A stretch of 64,000 bases of DNA from Gammaproteobacteria bacterium (GCA_963662545.2 CAXXLL010000003.1:2368001-2432000); one strand, 5' to 3'. Numbered from the stretch's first letter, positions 1-9,331 are shown. Made by a program: numbers and translations. Notes: generated by a model from the letters alone, not told the origin.

Positions 1-1
1 C

Positions 2-3000
2 GCTGGCGTCGATGCGCAGGTCGTCGAGCGCGCCGTCCCAGTACTCGCCGTACTGGCTGCGACCGATATAGAGTACCCCGTCGTTTACCAAGGGTTCGCG
101 TGTCGTCGTACCGGCATAGACTTCGGTACCGTCGAGATAGAGCCGCACTTCATCGCTGCCGTTGTCGAAAGTCGCCGCAATGTGGTGCCAAGTATCCGTC
201 ATCAGGTTGGCGCCTGCCGTCGTGAACTCCCGCATGCCACCATCGTAGAAGCCGAAGCTGATCTCGTCGCCGTTGGTACCGAACCAGAAATTCTGATCGT
301 TACCCGAGTCGCCCTTGTTGAAGACGAGATCGTAGCCGCCGAGGCTCCCGTTGTTGACCCAGCCGAGGAGAGTGAACGTCTCGGTGAGATCGAGTGTGTC
401 GTCGTCGGGGGCACTCAGATATTCCGAACTGCCGTCGAGCACGACGCCGCCGTCGAGTTCGCCGGCGGTCCAGCCACCGCCCGTTAGCGTCGCGTCGTGG
501 CCACCTTCACTGTCGAGCGCAAGGCTGCCCGAGGTCTCGTCGAGCTTCCAGTGAGCGACGGGACCAAAGGCCGTGGCGCAGAACTGGATGTTCAAGCGCG
601 GCGCATTGGCGGCGTCGCCCTCGTAAGCTTCGGCCGTGCGTGTGCCGCTCCCGGTGACGATGATCGCGAGCGCGTTGCCGAGCGCCCAGCCCGGCCGATC
701 CACCACTTCCTGCACGAGTGTCCAGAGATCCGGCGTCGACTGCACCTCGCCGACGGTGGTCCAAGCCGCGACATTGTCCCAGGCCACCGCGGCCGACGAC
801 GTAGGACGGCTCGAAATATCGCTCGGCCCGGCGCCGAAAGCCGCGGCGTCGTCCACCGCCTCGGCGCGCAGCGTGAGTGAGGTAGCGGTGCTGTCCACTT
901 CGTCCACCGTGAAATCGATGGAGACCGCATTGATGTTCGCACCGGACGGTACCCCGATGTCGTCGAAGCGCATGCCGATCGTTTGCACGCTGGACTCGGT
1001 TACCAATTCGAGATCGGTGCTGTCGAGGTACATGCTGGTATCCGCCCGTTCCTCGGCGTCGTCGACCCCCGCCGCGATCCGCGTGTCGAACGTATAGTCG
1101 GTACACACCCCCGTTTCGACCGTCCCCCATTCGATGGCCCGCTGTACGATGAGTCGGCCATTGTTATTCAGAAACCAGTCGTAATCGGCCTCGCCAACCG
1201 GCACCAAGACGCGCCGGCCGGCTGCGGATCCGCCGCTTTCCAACTCAGCGCCCGCCTCAATGGCGATGAGACCCCCTGCGGCGCCGATCTGCGCCAGCTC
1301 CTGCGCGCCCGGCGCCAGGGTGCCGCTGACCGTGGTCGATTCCGCAACGGCCGTCTTGAACCGCAGCACTCCGGTCGGGAACACCCGGGTTATCTCGTGC
1401 GAATTGTCGATCATCGTGATCGCATCGCCCACCGGAGATCCGTAGCCCGATGCGATGCCGAGGGCTTCATTGAGCGCCCCTTTCGCGCTGACGACGCCGA
1501 TCGTCGCACCGGTAAGCTTGGTATCGACGGTGCCTGCGTCCACGGATTCAGAGACGTAGGCGACGTCGTTCGCCGCCACCGCGGCATCGAAATTGCCTTG
1601 GCTGTCGTCATCGTGGATCAAGGTGACGGTATAACCCCAGCCCTCGAAGCTAGTCTGCGCGGCCACGTCACCGAGGGTGAGATTGGAAGGATTGCCTACC
1701 ACCATCAGTACCTTGCCCGAGCCCTGCGGTGCAAGACAGGGAGTAGCGCACGCGCAAGCGTAGGTGATGGTGAGTTTGGGGTGCAGTGTGGGGTCGGCGT
1801 CATCGCTGCTGGCGAACTTGACCTCTGTTGCGGCGGCCACGGGCTCCAGGACGAGACCAAGGATGTCGACATCGCCCGATACCCATTTTTCGACCAGGGC
1901 GGCAATATCCCACTGGAAATAGCCAAGCGTGGCAGCCGGTAGCGCCGCCGTTGCAACCACCGGCAAGTTCACGTCACCGCCCGCGGTAGCCCAGGCTATG
2001 CCGGGCTCTCGCTCATTCCAGGTCGCGCCGGTTCCGGTGCCGCCGGAGTTTGTACCCTCTATCCAGTCCGCCTTGAGATGGCGAATACCGACCGTGCCGC
2101 CGAGGGCGCTGGCCGATGTCTGGTAGAGTTCGAGGATGGCGCTGACGATTCGTGCGCCGTGAGGAATGCCGGAAAGGTCGTAGTCGAGAAGGCTGCGCGC
2201 GTAGGAATTGGCGAATCGATTGCTGACGAAAAGCTCGGTGTCGGCACCGTAGTTCCAGCTCGCTTTCCATTCGTAGAGATAGGTGTCCTTGGCATCGGCC
2301 GCGCCCGGTTGCAGGATCAGCGTGCTCGACGGTTGGTAGGCCGCAGTGCCTGGTCGATCCAAGGTTCGCGTGTTGCCGCCGGCGAGCGTGCCGCTTACCT
2401 GGATGTTCGCCGGCGACGCCGGACCGGTGCCGACCACGACATCGAGGCGCGGCTGCTGGCCGGCAGCGCCTTCGCGGCTCACGTATTCGCCGTGGACACC
2501 CTCGGCCGTGGAACCCAATAGGACGCCGAAGTTCGGCTGGCCATTCACCCAGGCCTGCACCTGGGCGGTGAGGTTGACTCGCAGCCAAACAGCACTCTGA
2601 TCTTGCGGTGGGATCATGGCCAATACCGAGGCCTCGAAATTGCCGTTCATGGTTTCCCAGGTGGCCCCTGTCTCGGTCCAGTCCGCGGTAACGCGGTGCA
2701 CAGTGATGGGCCCTTCCGGGTGTTCTTCCCCTACTTCGATATAGAACCAGGCCGATGCGGAATTGATCTGCGCGCTCGCCGGGAGTGAGGAGAGGTCGAA
2801 CCGGTAGAGCGCCTGAACTATGTCGCCGGTGTCGAAGCTAATGTGTTGGTCGATACTCGCGCCATTGTTGCTCGTTACGTCGCCGCTCTCAATCCAGGCA
2901 TCTTGATCGACGGCGAGGTTATAGCTCGTGGTCGCGCCGATCCCGGTTGTCGTAGCGGTATAAGTACCGGCAGCAAGCGCCGTGGTCGGGACGACAAAGT

Positions 3001-3211
3001 CGCCGGTGCATTCACTGCCCTGTAACTGCCATTCGGCGTGGGCCAGACCGGCGTGGGTCAGGAATTCGACCTTCGTGGCCTCGGCCTCGGCGGCTACGTG
3101 TTCGACCGTCATGGGTCCTTCTAGGTTGAGCAACAGGGCGAGAGTTGCGACCACGACGAGCGCCAGCACGACCGGCATCAGCACGAAGCCGCGTGGAGAA
3201 AGCTCGTTCAC
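2..3211 (-). CDS. GspK/PilX-like pilin fused to a large adhesin region (two DNRLRE-like domains, further beta domains, LamG/ConA-like domain); 3' end outside window
   Basis: Absent from the ORF track because it has no stop in the window. Manual translation from GTG at 3211 (GTGA overlap with the upstream stop) stays open to the window edge. It reads MNELSPRGFVLMPVVLALVVVATLALL (prepilin-like, no Glu5), DQDAWI..YRFDLSSLPASAQINSA..VHRVTADWTETGATW, DAKDTYL..LDYDLSGIPHGARIVSAILELY, then PVAHWKLDETSG..WHHIAATFD..VRLYLDG..YWDGALDDLRI. Confidence 0.85.
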   Translation of the reverse strand, partial: MNELSPRGFVLMPVVLALVVVATLALLLNLEGPMTVEHVAAEAEATKVEFLTHAGLAHAEWQLQGSECTGDFVVPTTALAAGTYTATTTGIGATTSYNLAVDQDAWIESGDVTSNNGASIDQHISFDTGDIVQALYRFDLSSLPASAQINSASAWFYIEVGEEHPEGPITVHRVTADWTETGATWETMNGNFEASVLAMIPPQDQSAVWLRVNLTAQVQAWVNGQPNFGVLLGSTAEGVHGEYVSREGAAGQQPRLDVVVGTGPASPANIQVSGTLAGGNTRTLDRPGTAAYQPSSTLILQPGAADAKDTYLYEWKASWNYGADTELFVSNRFANSYARSLLDYDLSGIPHGARIVSAILELYQTSASALGGTVGIRHLKADWIEGTNSGGTGTGATWNEREPGIAWATAGGDVNLPVVATAALPAATLGYFQWDIAALVEKWVSGDVDILGLVLEPVAAATEVKFASSDDADPTLHPKLTITYACACATPCLAPQGSGKVLMVVGNPSNLTLGDVAAQTSFEGWGYTVTLIHDDDSQGNFDAAVAANDVAYVSESVDAGTVDTKLTGATIGVVSAKGALNEALGIASGYGSPVGDAITMIDNSHEITRVFPTGVLRFKTAVAESTTVSGTLAPGAQELAQIGAAGGLIAIEAGAELESGGSAAGRRVLVPVGEADYDWFLNNNGRLIVQRAIEWGTVETGVCTDYTFDTRIAAGVDDAEERADTSMYLDSTDLELVTESSVQTIGMRFDDIGVPSGANINAVSIDFTVDEVDSTATSLTLRAEAVDDAAAFGAGPSDISSRPTSSAAVAWDNVAAWTTVGEVQSTPDLWTLVQEVVDRPGWALGNALAIIVTGSGTRTAEAYEGDAANAPRLNIQFCATAFGPVAHWKLDETSGSLALDSEGGHDATLTGGGWTAGELDGGVVLDGSSEYLSAPDDDTLDLTETFTLLGWVNNGSLGGYDLVFNKGDSGNDQNFWFGTNGDEISFGFYDGGMREFTTAGANLMTDTWHHIAATFDNGSDEVRLYLDGTEVYAGTTTREPLVNDGVLYIGRSQYGEYWDGALDDLRIDAS

Positions 3212-4161
3212 AGCGCGCGTCCGACGCGGACCTGGGTGTGGACGCTCGCGGTCTCGCGGGTCGCCGGATCGGTCAGCTCGAGAATGAGGTCGACGCGCAA
3301 CGCCCGGTCGCTGCCCTGCTCGATACGTTCGACGCGCAAACGGGTGACGTTGTCGGCGATGGGCGAGACCACAAAATCAGCACCCGTGATACCGCCGATC
3401 CCAGACTCATCCCACGGCACCGCCGTGCGTTCCATGAGCGTATCGCCGACGAGGTAGAACACCAGCGGGTTGTACCAGTCGTCTAATTCGCTGCCGTCCT
3501 CGTCGTCATCGCCTGCGCCGCCCTCGTCTATAACGCCGTCGCCGTCATCATCCACGCCGCAAACGCCCGGACAACCGTCACCATTCATATCCGTGGCGTT
3601 GTCTTCGTCGATATTGTTGTCATCGTCATCGTCGACGCCGTTGATGGGGTCGTCGTTGGCAATGGTAGATTCATCATCGGAATCGCCGTTGCCTTCATCG
3701 ATGATGCCGGCGGCTAAATCGTAATTGCGGTCATTCGGCAGGTCCTCATCGATACGGCCGTCTTCGTCGTCGTCCGCGTCGGGGACGCCGTCGGCATCCA
3801 GGTCGACGTAGAGCGGCAAGGTCACTGCCAGCACGGCGGTGGCCTGGGTACTCGACCCCTCGGGCGGCGAGGCGGGGACTGTTTCTTCGCGCACGTTTTC
3901 CCGCCAGTTGGTCGCCGGCTTGTCGGCCAGCGGCAGCATCAACAGGCGCGTATGACTCACCGCGCGCACCATGCGCTCCATCGCGAAGCGGGCATCGCGG
4001 TGGATGTCGTGGACGGCGCTGGTGTTGCGCCTGGCCGAGAGCGCGCCGGACACGACCCCGCCCAAGGCGAGCAGCAGTATGCCGCCGACCGCCATGGTCG
4101 CGACCAATTCGACGAGGGTGTAGCCATTGGACCGTGGATGAGCACGGTATGCGATGTACAC
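3208..4161 (-). CDS. GspJ/PilW-like minor pilin with acidic DxDxDGxIDE repeat insert
   Basis: GYTLVELVATMAVGGILLL prepilin motif; start trimmed to GTG 4161 just after the upstream TAG; internal D-rich repeats. Confidence 0.85.
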   Translation of the reverse strand: MYIAYRAHPRSNGYTLVELVATMAVGGILLLALGGVVSGALSARRNTSAVHDIHRDARFAMERMVRAVSHTRLLMLPLADKPATNWRENVREETVPASPPEGSSTQATAVLAVTLPLYVDLDADGVPDADDDEDGRIDEDLPNDRNYDLAAGIIDEGNGDSDDESTIANDDPINGVDDDDDNNIDEDNATDMNGDGCPGVCGVDDDGDGVIDEGGAGDDDEDGSELDDWYNPLVFYLVGDTLMERTAVPWDESGIGGITGADFVVSPIADNVTRLRVERIEQGSDRALRVDLILELTDPATRETASVHTQVRVGRAL

Positions 4162-4162
4162 C

Positions 4163-4597
4163 CTACATCTGCGTGGTGAGGGTCTCGACATCATCGACCG
4201 TACCCTCCACGGCAACGCGTACCCACATCAGGCCGGTCTCGCCGCCGGTTAAAGCATTACCGTCGCTGTCCGCGTCGTCGACGTCGAAGAGCGCGAGATA
4301 GACCAGCCGCCGATCACTGCTGCCCGCTGAGTCCGAGTAACTGGTGGGAGTGAGGTAGGAACCGGCCGCGAGCGCCTCGGCGTCGAGGACGTCGAACGGC
4401 AGGGCCAGCACTTTCTCGAGTTTGGCCTGCATGGCCTGTTGGCGCGTCACCGCTCGAGCATGCACGCCGCCGGCCATGATGCCGCTGCTCAAAGCGTCGA
4501 TGGCTGGTACCAGGCTCACCGCCACCAGCACGGTGGCGACGAGGACCTCGACATAAGAGAATCCAGCGGTGTGCGCGACTCGCTTTCTGATTCTCAT
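4163..4597 (-). CDS. GspI/PilV-like minor pilin
   Basis: GFSYVEVLVATVLV prepilin motif; ATG 4597 overlaps the upstream TGA (ATGA). Confidence 0.85.
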   Translation of the reverse strand: MRIRKRVAHTAGFSYVEVLVATVLVAVSLVPAIDALSSGIMAGGVHARAVTRQQAMQAKLEKVLALPFDVLDAEALAAGSYLTPTSYSDSAGSSDRRLVYLALFDVDDADSDGNALTGGETGLMWVRVAVEGTVDDVETLTTQM

Positions 4598-5130
4598 TGA
4601 ATGGTCACGCGGCCGGTGAAGCCATGCAGGGTCACAACGCGGGCCAGGGGCCCCAGGGTCAAGGTCACATCGAACTGCTCGAGGAGCACGGTGCGCGGGT
4701 CGACACACCAGGGCGTGCCGTTGGCATCGAAATAAATGTCGCCGGGTTGGTTGCAGGTGCCGCGAAACGTCGTGGACTGGTTCACGGTGTCTACAGCCAC
4801 AAACGGTTCGGTGTTCAGATCGATGTCGTAGAGCTTTTTGCTCGCCGGTTGATAAACGTCAAAGATCAAGGTCGCGGGTGTCACCGACATGTCGGGACGC
4901 ATCACACGAATCCGCTCCTGGCCGAACTGGTGTCGAAAACCGCGTGGAATACCGAAGCGGATAGCCTCGCTGCGCGCGAAGCGCATGGCATCGGCGATCT
5001 CGAGCGCCGCTAGATCGAGACGCGAAGGGTCAGTCGAAGAGAAGTTCGGGATTACCGATAATGCGATGATCCCGATGATTGCCGTGACCAGGGTGATCTC
5101 GAGCAGCGTGAAACCGCGTTGTCTGACCAT
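4594..5130 (-). CDS. GspH/FimT-like minor pseudopilin
   Basis: RGFTLLEITLVTAIIGII; 'IADAMRFARSEAI' helix; C-terminal 'VTLHGFTGRVTIQ'. Confidence 0.88.
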   Translation of the reverse strand: MVRQRGFTLLEITLVTAIIGIIALSVIPNFSSTDPSRLDLAALEIADAMRFARSEAIRFGIPRGFRHQFGQERIRVMRPDMSVTPATLIFDVYQPASKKLYDIDLNTEPFVAVDTVNQSTTFRGTCNQPGDIYFDANGTPWCVDPRTVLLEQFDVTLTLGPLARVVTLHGFTGRVTIQ

Positions 5131-5175
5131 CGTGCATGCGCCGGAGCCCGCAGGTCGTCGCCGCGCGGACGGGGC

Positions 5176-5727
5176 CTAGCGGTCGTCGTAGCCCGAGTGA
5201 TCGGCGATGAACTGGCCGGTGAGCGTGTCGTACTTCCAGCCGCCGTTGGTCACCGATGAGGTCATGCCGAGCGCGCCCGCGGTGGAAATCAACACGGTGC
5301 TCACCGTCGTCATCGGATCGTCGGGCAAGGTGGCTTTTTTCAAATAAGGGCCGTATTTGAAAGCCGCGTCCGACTTCGTGCAGCTTTCACCGTTGACGTC
5401 GGTGTACTTCGACATCTGGTCGAGGAAGGCCTGCTCGGTCTGCAATGCACCGGTACCGGTCGCACCGCTCGGTCCGGCGGCACAGGCCGCGCCGATCGAG
5501 GTCACGTTGCCCGGATATTCACTGTGCTGCTGATAGTACAGATCAACGGACGAGCGGACGTTGGCGAGCGAAGTATCCAGGGACGAAAGCTTCGCGTCGT
5601 CGGTCGCGGCGCTGAACTGCGGCACCACGATGGCGGCGAGAATCGCGAGGATAATCACGACGATCAGGAGCTCCACCAAGGTAAAGCCCCGTTGAATACG
5701 GGATTTGACGTGTTGGAGATCGTTCAT
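5176..5727 (-). CDS. GspG-like major (pseudo)pilin
   Basis: RGFTLVELLIVVIILAILAAIVVPQF; 'VDLYYQQHSEYP'; 'YGPYLKK..LPDDPM' resembles the GspG C-terminal motif; GGAG RBS upstream. Confidence 0.9.
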   Translation of the reverse strand: MNDLQHVKSRIQRGFTLVELLIVVIILAILAAIVVPQFSAATDDAKLSSLDTSLANVRSSVDLYYQQHSEYPGNVTSIGAACAAGPSGATGTGALQTEQAFLDQMSKYTDVNGESCTKSDAAFKYGPYLKKATLPDDPMTTVSTVLISTAGALGMTSSVTNGGWKYDTLTGQFIADHSGYDDR

Positions 5728-5846
5728 TTTGCTGCTCCGTTTTCGGATCTTTCCGCTGAATGGCTGAAGGTGTTAGCGGCAGCTCCCGTGGGCTCCTTTA
5801 GCGCTATTTCGTGGTGCGCGGGGCGCGATTCGCCGGCGAAGCCCTC

Positions 5847-5891
5847 CTAACGGTCGTCGTAGTCCTGGTGGTCGGCTATGAACTGACCCGT
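5847..5891 (-). pseudogene. 3' remnant of a second major-pilin paralog
   Basis: Encodes TGQFIADHQDYDDR*, 12/14 identical to the C-terminus TGQFIADHSGYDDR* of the pilin at 5176..5727. Confidence 0.8.
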
Positions 5892-6828
5892 TGGGATACT
5901 TCGGTTCATAGGTCTTGAGGAACAGCTCGAACGCCTTCTCGGCGTCGGCCTTTGTCGCGGCCTGCCAGATCGCGTGCAGGGCTTGCTTGGCTTTGGCCTG
6001 TGCTGACTTCGGTAGGCAGTTCAGCACGTTCATCGTCTTGTGCATCCAGCAGCGTTGCTGGCGGGTCTCACCGTAGACTTCCTCCAGTGCGGCCCAGAAG
6101 CCCATGGCACCGTCCCCGATCGCCAGCTTGGGAATATTCATCCCGCGTGACTTCAATTTCAGCAACACCTCGCGCCAGCTCTGCGTGGACTCCCGCACAC
6201 CATCCTCCATCGCCAAAAAACGCTTCTCGCCTCGCTCATTGACGCCGATCACCACCAACGCACACAGCTTCGTGTGCTCCGCCCGCAGGCCACTGTAGAC
6301 ACCGTCCGCCCACACCTACACCCAGCGGTCTTGGTCCAATCGCCCCTCGCACCAGTCGCGGTATTCTTGCGCCCACACCTGCTTCAAGCGCGACACTGTG
6401 CTCGCCGACAGGCCCTTCGCCTGCGGCCCCAACAAAACTTCCAGCGCAGCGCCCATTTCGCCACTGGAAACGCCCTTCAAATACAGCCACGGCACGGCCG
6501 CCTCCAAGGTTCTTGTCTTGCGCACATACGGCGGCACCAGCGCTGAACGGAAGGTCACCGGCTCGCCGAGCTTCGAACGAACCTTCGGGATCCTCACCGT
6601 CACCGGCCCCAAGCCCGTCTGCAACTGGCGTTCCGGCAAATAGCCGTTGCGAACCACACCTGCTTTGTCGTCCACCGTGCGATGTCCTGAATACTGCGCC
6701 ATATATTCTGCCAGCTCGATTTCAACCGCTCGTTCAATCAGAGCCCGAGCACCGTTTCTCAAGACCTCCGTCAACGGATCTGGTATTCCTTCTCGACCTG
6801 ATAATTCAACAACGTTACTCTCTCTCAT
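5892..6828 (-). pseudogene. IS256-family (Mutator-like) transposase, in-frame TAG at 6316-6318 and C-terminally truncated
   Basis: VRNGYLPER..TGLGPV..PKVR, LYLKGVSSG, then after the TAG WADGVY, RESTQSWREVL, AIGDGAMGFWAAL, QRCWMHK; ORFs 6316..6828 and 5773..6315 share one frame. Confidence 0.9.
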
Positions 6829-6931
6829 GGTGGCGTATCCTCTTTGGTTGGCTTGCTGCTTGGTAACAACATTTCAACCAGATACGCCGCCTTTATTCAA
6901 CTCGCTCAAACACCAGATTCAGTTATAACTC
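5892..6931 (-). mobile_element. IS256-family insertion sequence remnant (one terminal end present, distal part deleted)
   Basis: Transposase fragments (below); end sequence GAGTTATAACTGAATCTGGTG at 6931..6911; transposase-like sequence stops abruptly at ~5892. Confidence 0.8.
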
Positions 6932-7305
6932 GTTGAAAACACGCATGGATACCTTTGCCTGAAAAACGACTTCTCAGCAAAAATTACTGCGGTAACGTCC
7001 TTGCCACTCGGGAATGAGTAGACCAGCCCCTGCAATCGCCGATGACAATCGATTGAACGGCCAACTTGCCAACAAAACCGCCTAAATTTATTCACTCATG
7101 CAATATGCAGGCTAGTGGAGTTAGGCGCAGGAAAAGACATCAATTCGATAAACGTCGACGATCCAATCGTTGGATTTATAATTGGTAACAAGGGGCTGAT
7201 GTATAACTTGACACTAGAGGGATCTAAGATGTCCAAGATCGATCCTTAGCGGCATTAAATTCTTTCCCGAATAGTTATTGTGCACTGTTCGATAGGGTAT
7301 CGAAA

Positions 7306-7914
7306 TCAGTCCTTCCAGAATTCCCACCATGAACGTTCACTCGCTCTTTCTACCGCTCGTCCGCTTCTTTGCTCTGCTTTTTGAACCTTATCCTTACGCC
7401 GGTTGCTCGGTTCACTTTCGGTGACTAAGGTTCGGCTTACGTTCTTTATAGTCCGATCAAGGACATCGGTAATTTCCTGGGTCGCAATATCGAGCAAGAC
7501 GATCTCGCCGTCAATTTCTGCGCGCTCATAGCCTTCTCTGACCGGTGGTAAACGAGATTCCAGATAAGGCGAAAGCCCTTTTTTCGCTATGCCCGGAGGT
7601 AGGGTGCCACCACGGCTCAATTTCTTGGCAATACCGGGTGGGAGGCCCTTGGGGTTCCCCTTGCCTTTATGCTTTTTTCCTTTCTTGCCCGGGCGCATCG
7701 ATTCTTGATCATGGTCATCACCGTCAATCGAACCATATTTGCTTTGATAGTAGTCGCGAATGACTTGCCGTTCGACTTCAGAAAAAACGGCCTTGCCGAA
7801 TTCCTTGAGACTCTCGCTTACCCCATCTGCGCTTGCTGCCGTCCCAATTAAAATGCAGGAAACCAGCAGGGAACCTAATAGTGTTTTCATAATTGTTGCA
7901 CCGAACAGTTTCAA
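7306..7914 (-). CDS. Exported CigR/RcnB-like protein
   Basis: Signal peptide; tandem LPPGIAKK motif (GLPPGIAKKLSRGGTLPPGIAKK); AGGAG RBS before TTG. Confidence 0.7.
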   Translation of the reverse strand: MKLFGATIMKTLLGSLLVSCILIGTAASADGVSESLKEFGKAVFSEVERQVIRDYYQSKYGSIDGDDHDQESMRPGKKGKKHKGKGNPKGLPPGIAKKLSRGGTLPPGIAKKGLSPYLESRLPPVREGYERAEIDGEIVLLDIATQEITDVLDRTIKNVSRTLVTESEPSNRRKDKVQKAEQRSGRAVERASERSWWEFWKD

Positions 7915-8187
7915 GCTTTCTTCTCCTAACGACTACCCGTCAGGGACGCGAGTAACAAAGTCACTGTGGCGGTAATTGTAGACCGTCGCTGTCAGTTTCG
8001 TCTTCACCTGGCTGATAGGAAGCTGTGGCCCCAGGCTGTTCGATAGCCTGTGAGAGCTGACCGCACCGTGTGCTCGGAAAACCCGGGGTAGAGCACACCA
8101 CCGCTTGATCAGTCGGTTATGTCCTGTCCCGGGCTAAAGTTTTTCGCGATTCGGACGCATTCAAGGAAATGTACCTAATGGCACCCT

Positions 8188-8499
8188 ATGGCTGCCGGGG
8201 AGTCGCATAAAGTGAAATCAGACGTGACGGAGCCACGCTATCGCGGTTACGACAGCGAGACGGAATTATCCTTGAACGGCTGCATTTTTCGGGCTGCAGA
8301 TCACCTTTGTTTTGTGTCGCCTGGTGAGACCGGATTTGGCTGGAATAAGGCGGAAATCTGCGATTTGAGCGACAGGATCAGGGCCAGCATCGAATTCGAC
8401 CCCTCCATGCTGGATGCTTTGCCGAATGCCGTCCGAGCCAAACTATTCGAAGGTCTGAATCTTTCCCCGGCCCCTCGACCAACAACTTCAGACTCGTAA
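8188..8499 (+). CDS. Hypothetical protein
   Basis: 103-aa ORF filling the gap and convergent with the next gene; no recognisable motif. Confidence 0.35.
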   Translation: MAAGESHKVKSDVTEPRYRGYDSETELSLNGCIFRAADHLCFVSPGETGFGWNKAEICDLSDRIRASIEFDPSMLDALPNAVRAKLFEGLNLSPAPRPTTSDS

Positions 8500-8501
8500 C
8501 G

Positions 8502-9266
8502 CTAAGCCATTTCGTCTAATTGGCGTGGACTGGTCTCCTGATCGGTGGTGACAGGCAGCGACGATAGCGATTCGTATTCACGAAGGAACTTCTCGAACGC
8601 GACACCGTTTCCGCGTGGAGCTGACAGGGCCGGGAGTATCTCGCTTGCGCCCGTCAGCGCTTCTGCGAATTCGTCCAGCAGGGACATGACGGTGTCTTGA
8701 AGGTCGCTTAGTAGTGACATGGAGAGTGTGGTAGCGCTGCTTTGGTCCAAGGTGGCTTCGAGACCTTCGTAGAACGTAGCGAAGCCTGTTTGCAGGTTGT
8801 CGAGGTATTCTCCGGTGTCACCGCCAGTGCCAGCCGTATAGGCAGCAAGCGCATCCTCTACGTTGCTGTCGAACGCTGCTTCTAATTCTCTAATGGCAGT
8901 GACTGTTGAATCTTCAAGGCCCTCAGTAGCGGCTAGCGTATCAACCCGTTCCGTGACCGCGTTGCGTAACTGCTCGGTACCTGCACTTATCTGCTCCTCG
9001 ACGGCGGCCGTTGAGAGCGATGTCAGTTCATCGTTGAACACCACGCGTAGCCTCACGTCCGCAACGCCTCTGAAATGGCCTTCTTGCAGAAGTTTGAGAA
9101 CGCCCTTTCCCGCAGGGTTGGGCTCGATCGAAGCGGCTTGTTCGTCCGCCGGCTCGACAACGGCTTTTCCACCGCTCATGCCATCAGCTGGGACCGGCGC
9201 TGATGGTGGGCGGTGGTGTGGACCAACTACCGAGATGACGTTTTGTCCGATGCCTCCAACTAGCAC
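8502..9266 (-). CDS. Hypothetical acidic helical protein
   Basis: 254-aa ORF with protein-like composition (KGVLKLLQEGHFRGVADVRLR block); AAGGT RBS-like site; sigma28-like promoter upstream. Confidence 0.7.
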   Translation of the reverse strand: MLVGGIGQNVISVVGPHHRPPSAPVPADGMSGGKAVVEPADEQAASIEPNPAGKGVLKLLQEGHFRGVADVRLRVVFNDELTSLSTAAVEEQISAGTEQLRNAVTERVDTLAATEGLEDSTVTAIRELEAAFDSNVEDALAAYTAGTGGDTGEYLDNLQTGFATFYEGLEATLDQSSATTLSMSLLSDLQDTVMSLLDEFAEALTGASEILPALSAPRGNGVAFEKFLREYESLSSLPVTTDQETSPRQLDEMA

Positions 9267-9304
9267 TGTACATCTACCTTATAGCGTAACGATGCATGAT
9301 CGGT

Positions 9305-9331
9305 ATATCGACTATGCGTCGGAGATCTTGA
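9305..9331 (-). promoter_or_regulatory. Putative sigma28 (FliA) promoter
   Basis: Minus strand TCAAG-N14-GTCGATAT, ~40 nt upstream of the 9266 start. Confidence 0.45.

Noticed and set aside
182-3486. Many plus-strand and alternate-frame ORFs (e.g. 983..1942, 507..1130)
   Set aside because: Shadows of the long minus-strand adhesin gene; no motifs of their own.
7099-7114. Possible sigma54 promoter for the pilin cluster (minus strand TAGCCTGCATATTGCA)
   Set aside because: The -12 TTGCA fits but the invariant -24 GG is AG.
8030-8200. Hairpins and a faint c-di-GMP riboswitch or sigma28 resemblance
   Set aside because: Core riboswitch motifs are missing and the -10 element matches poorly.
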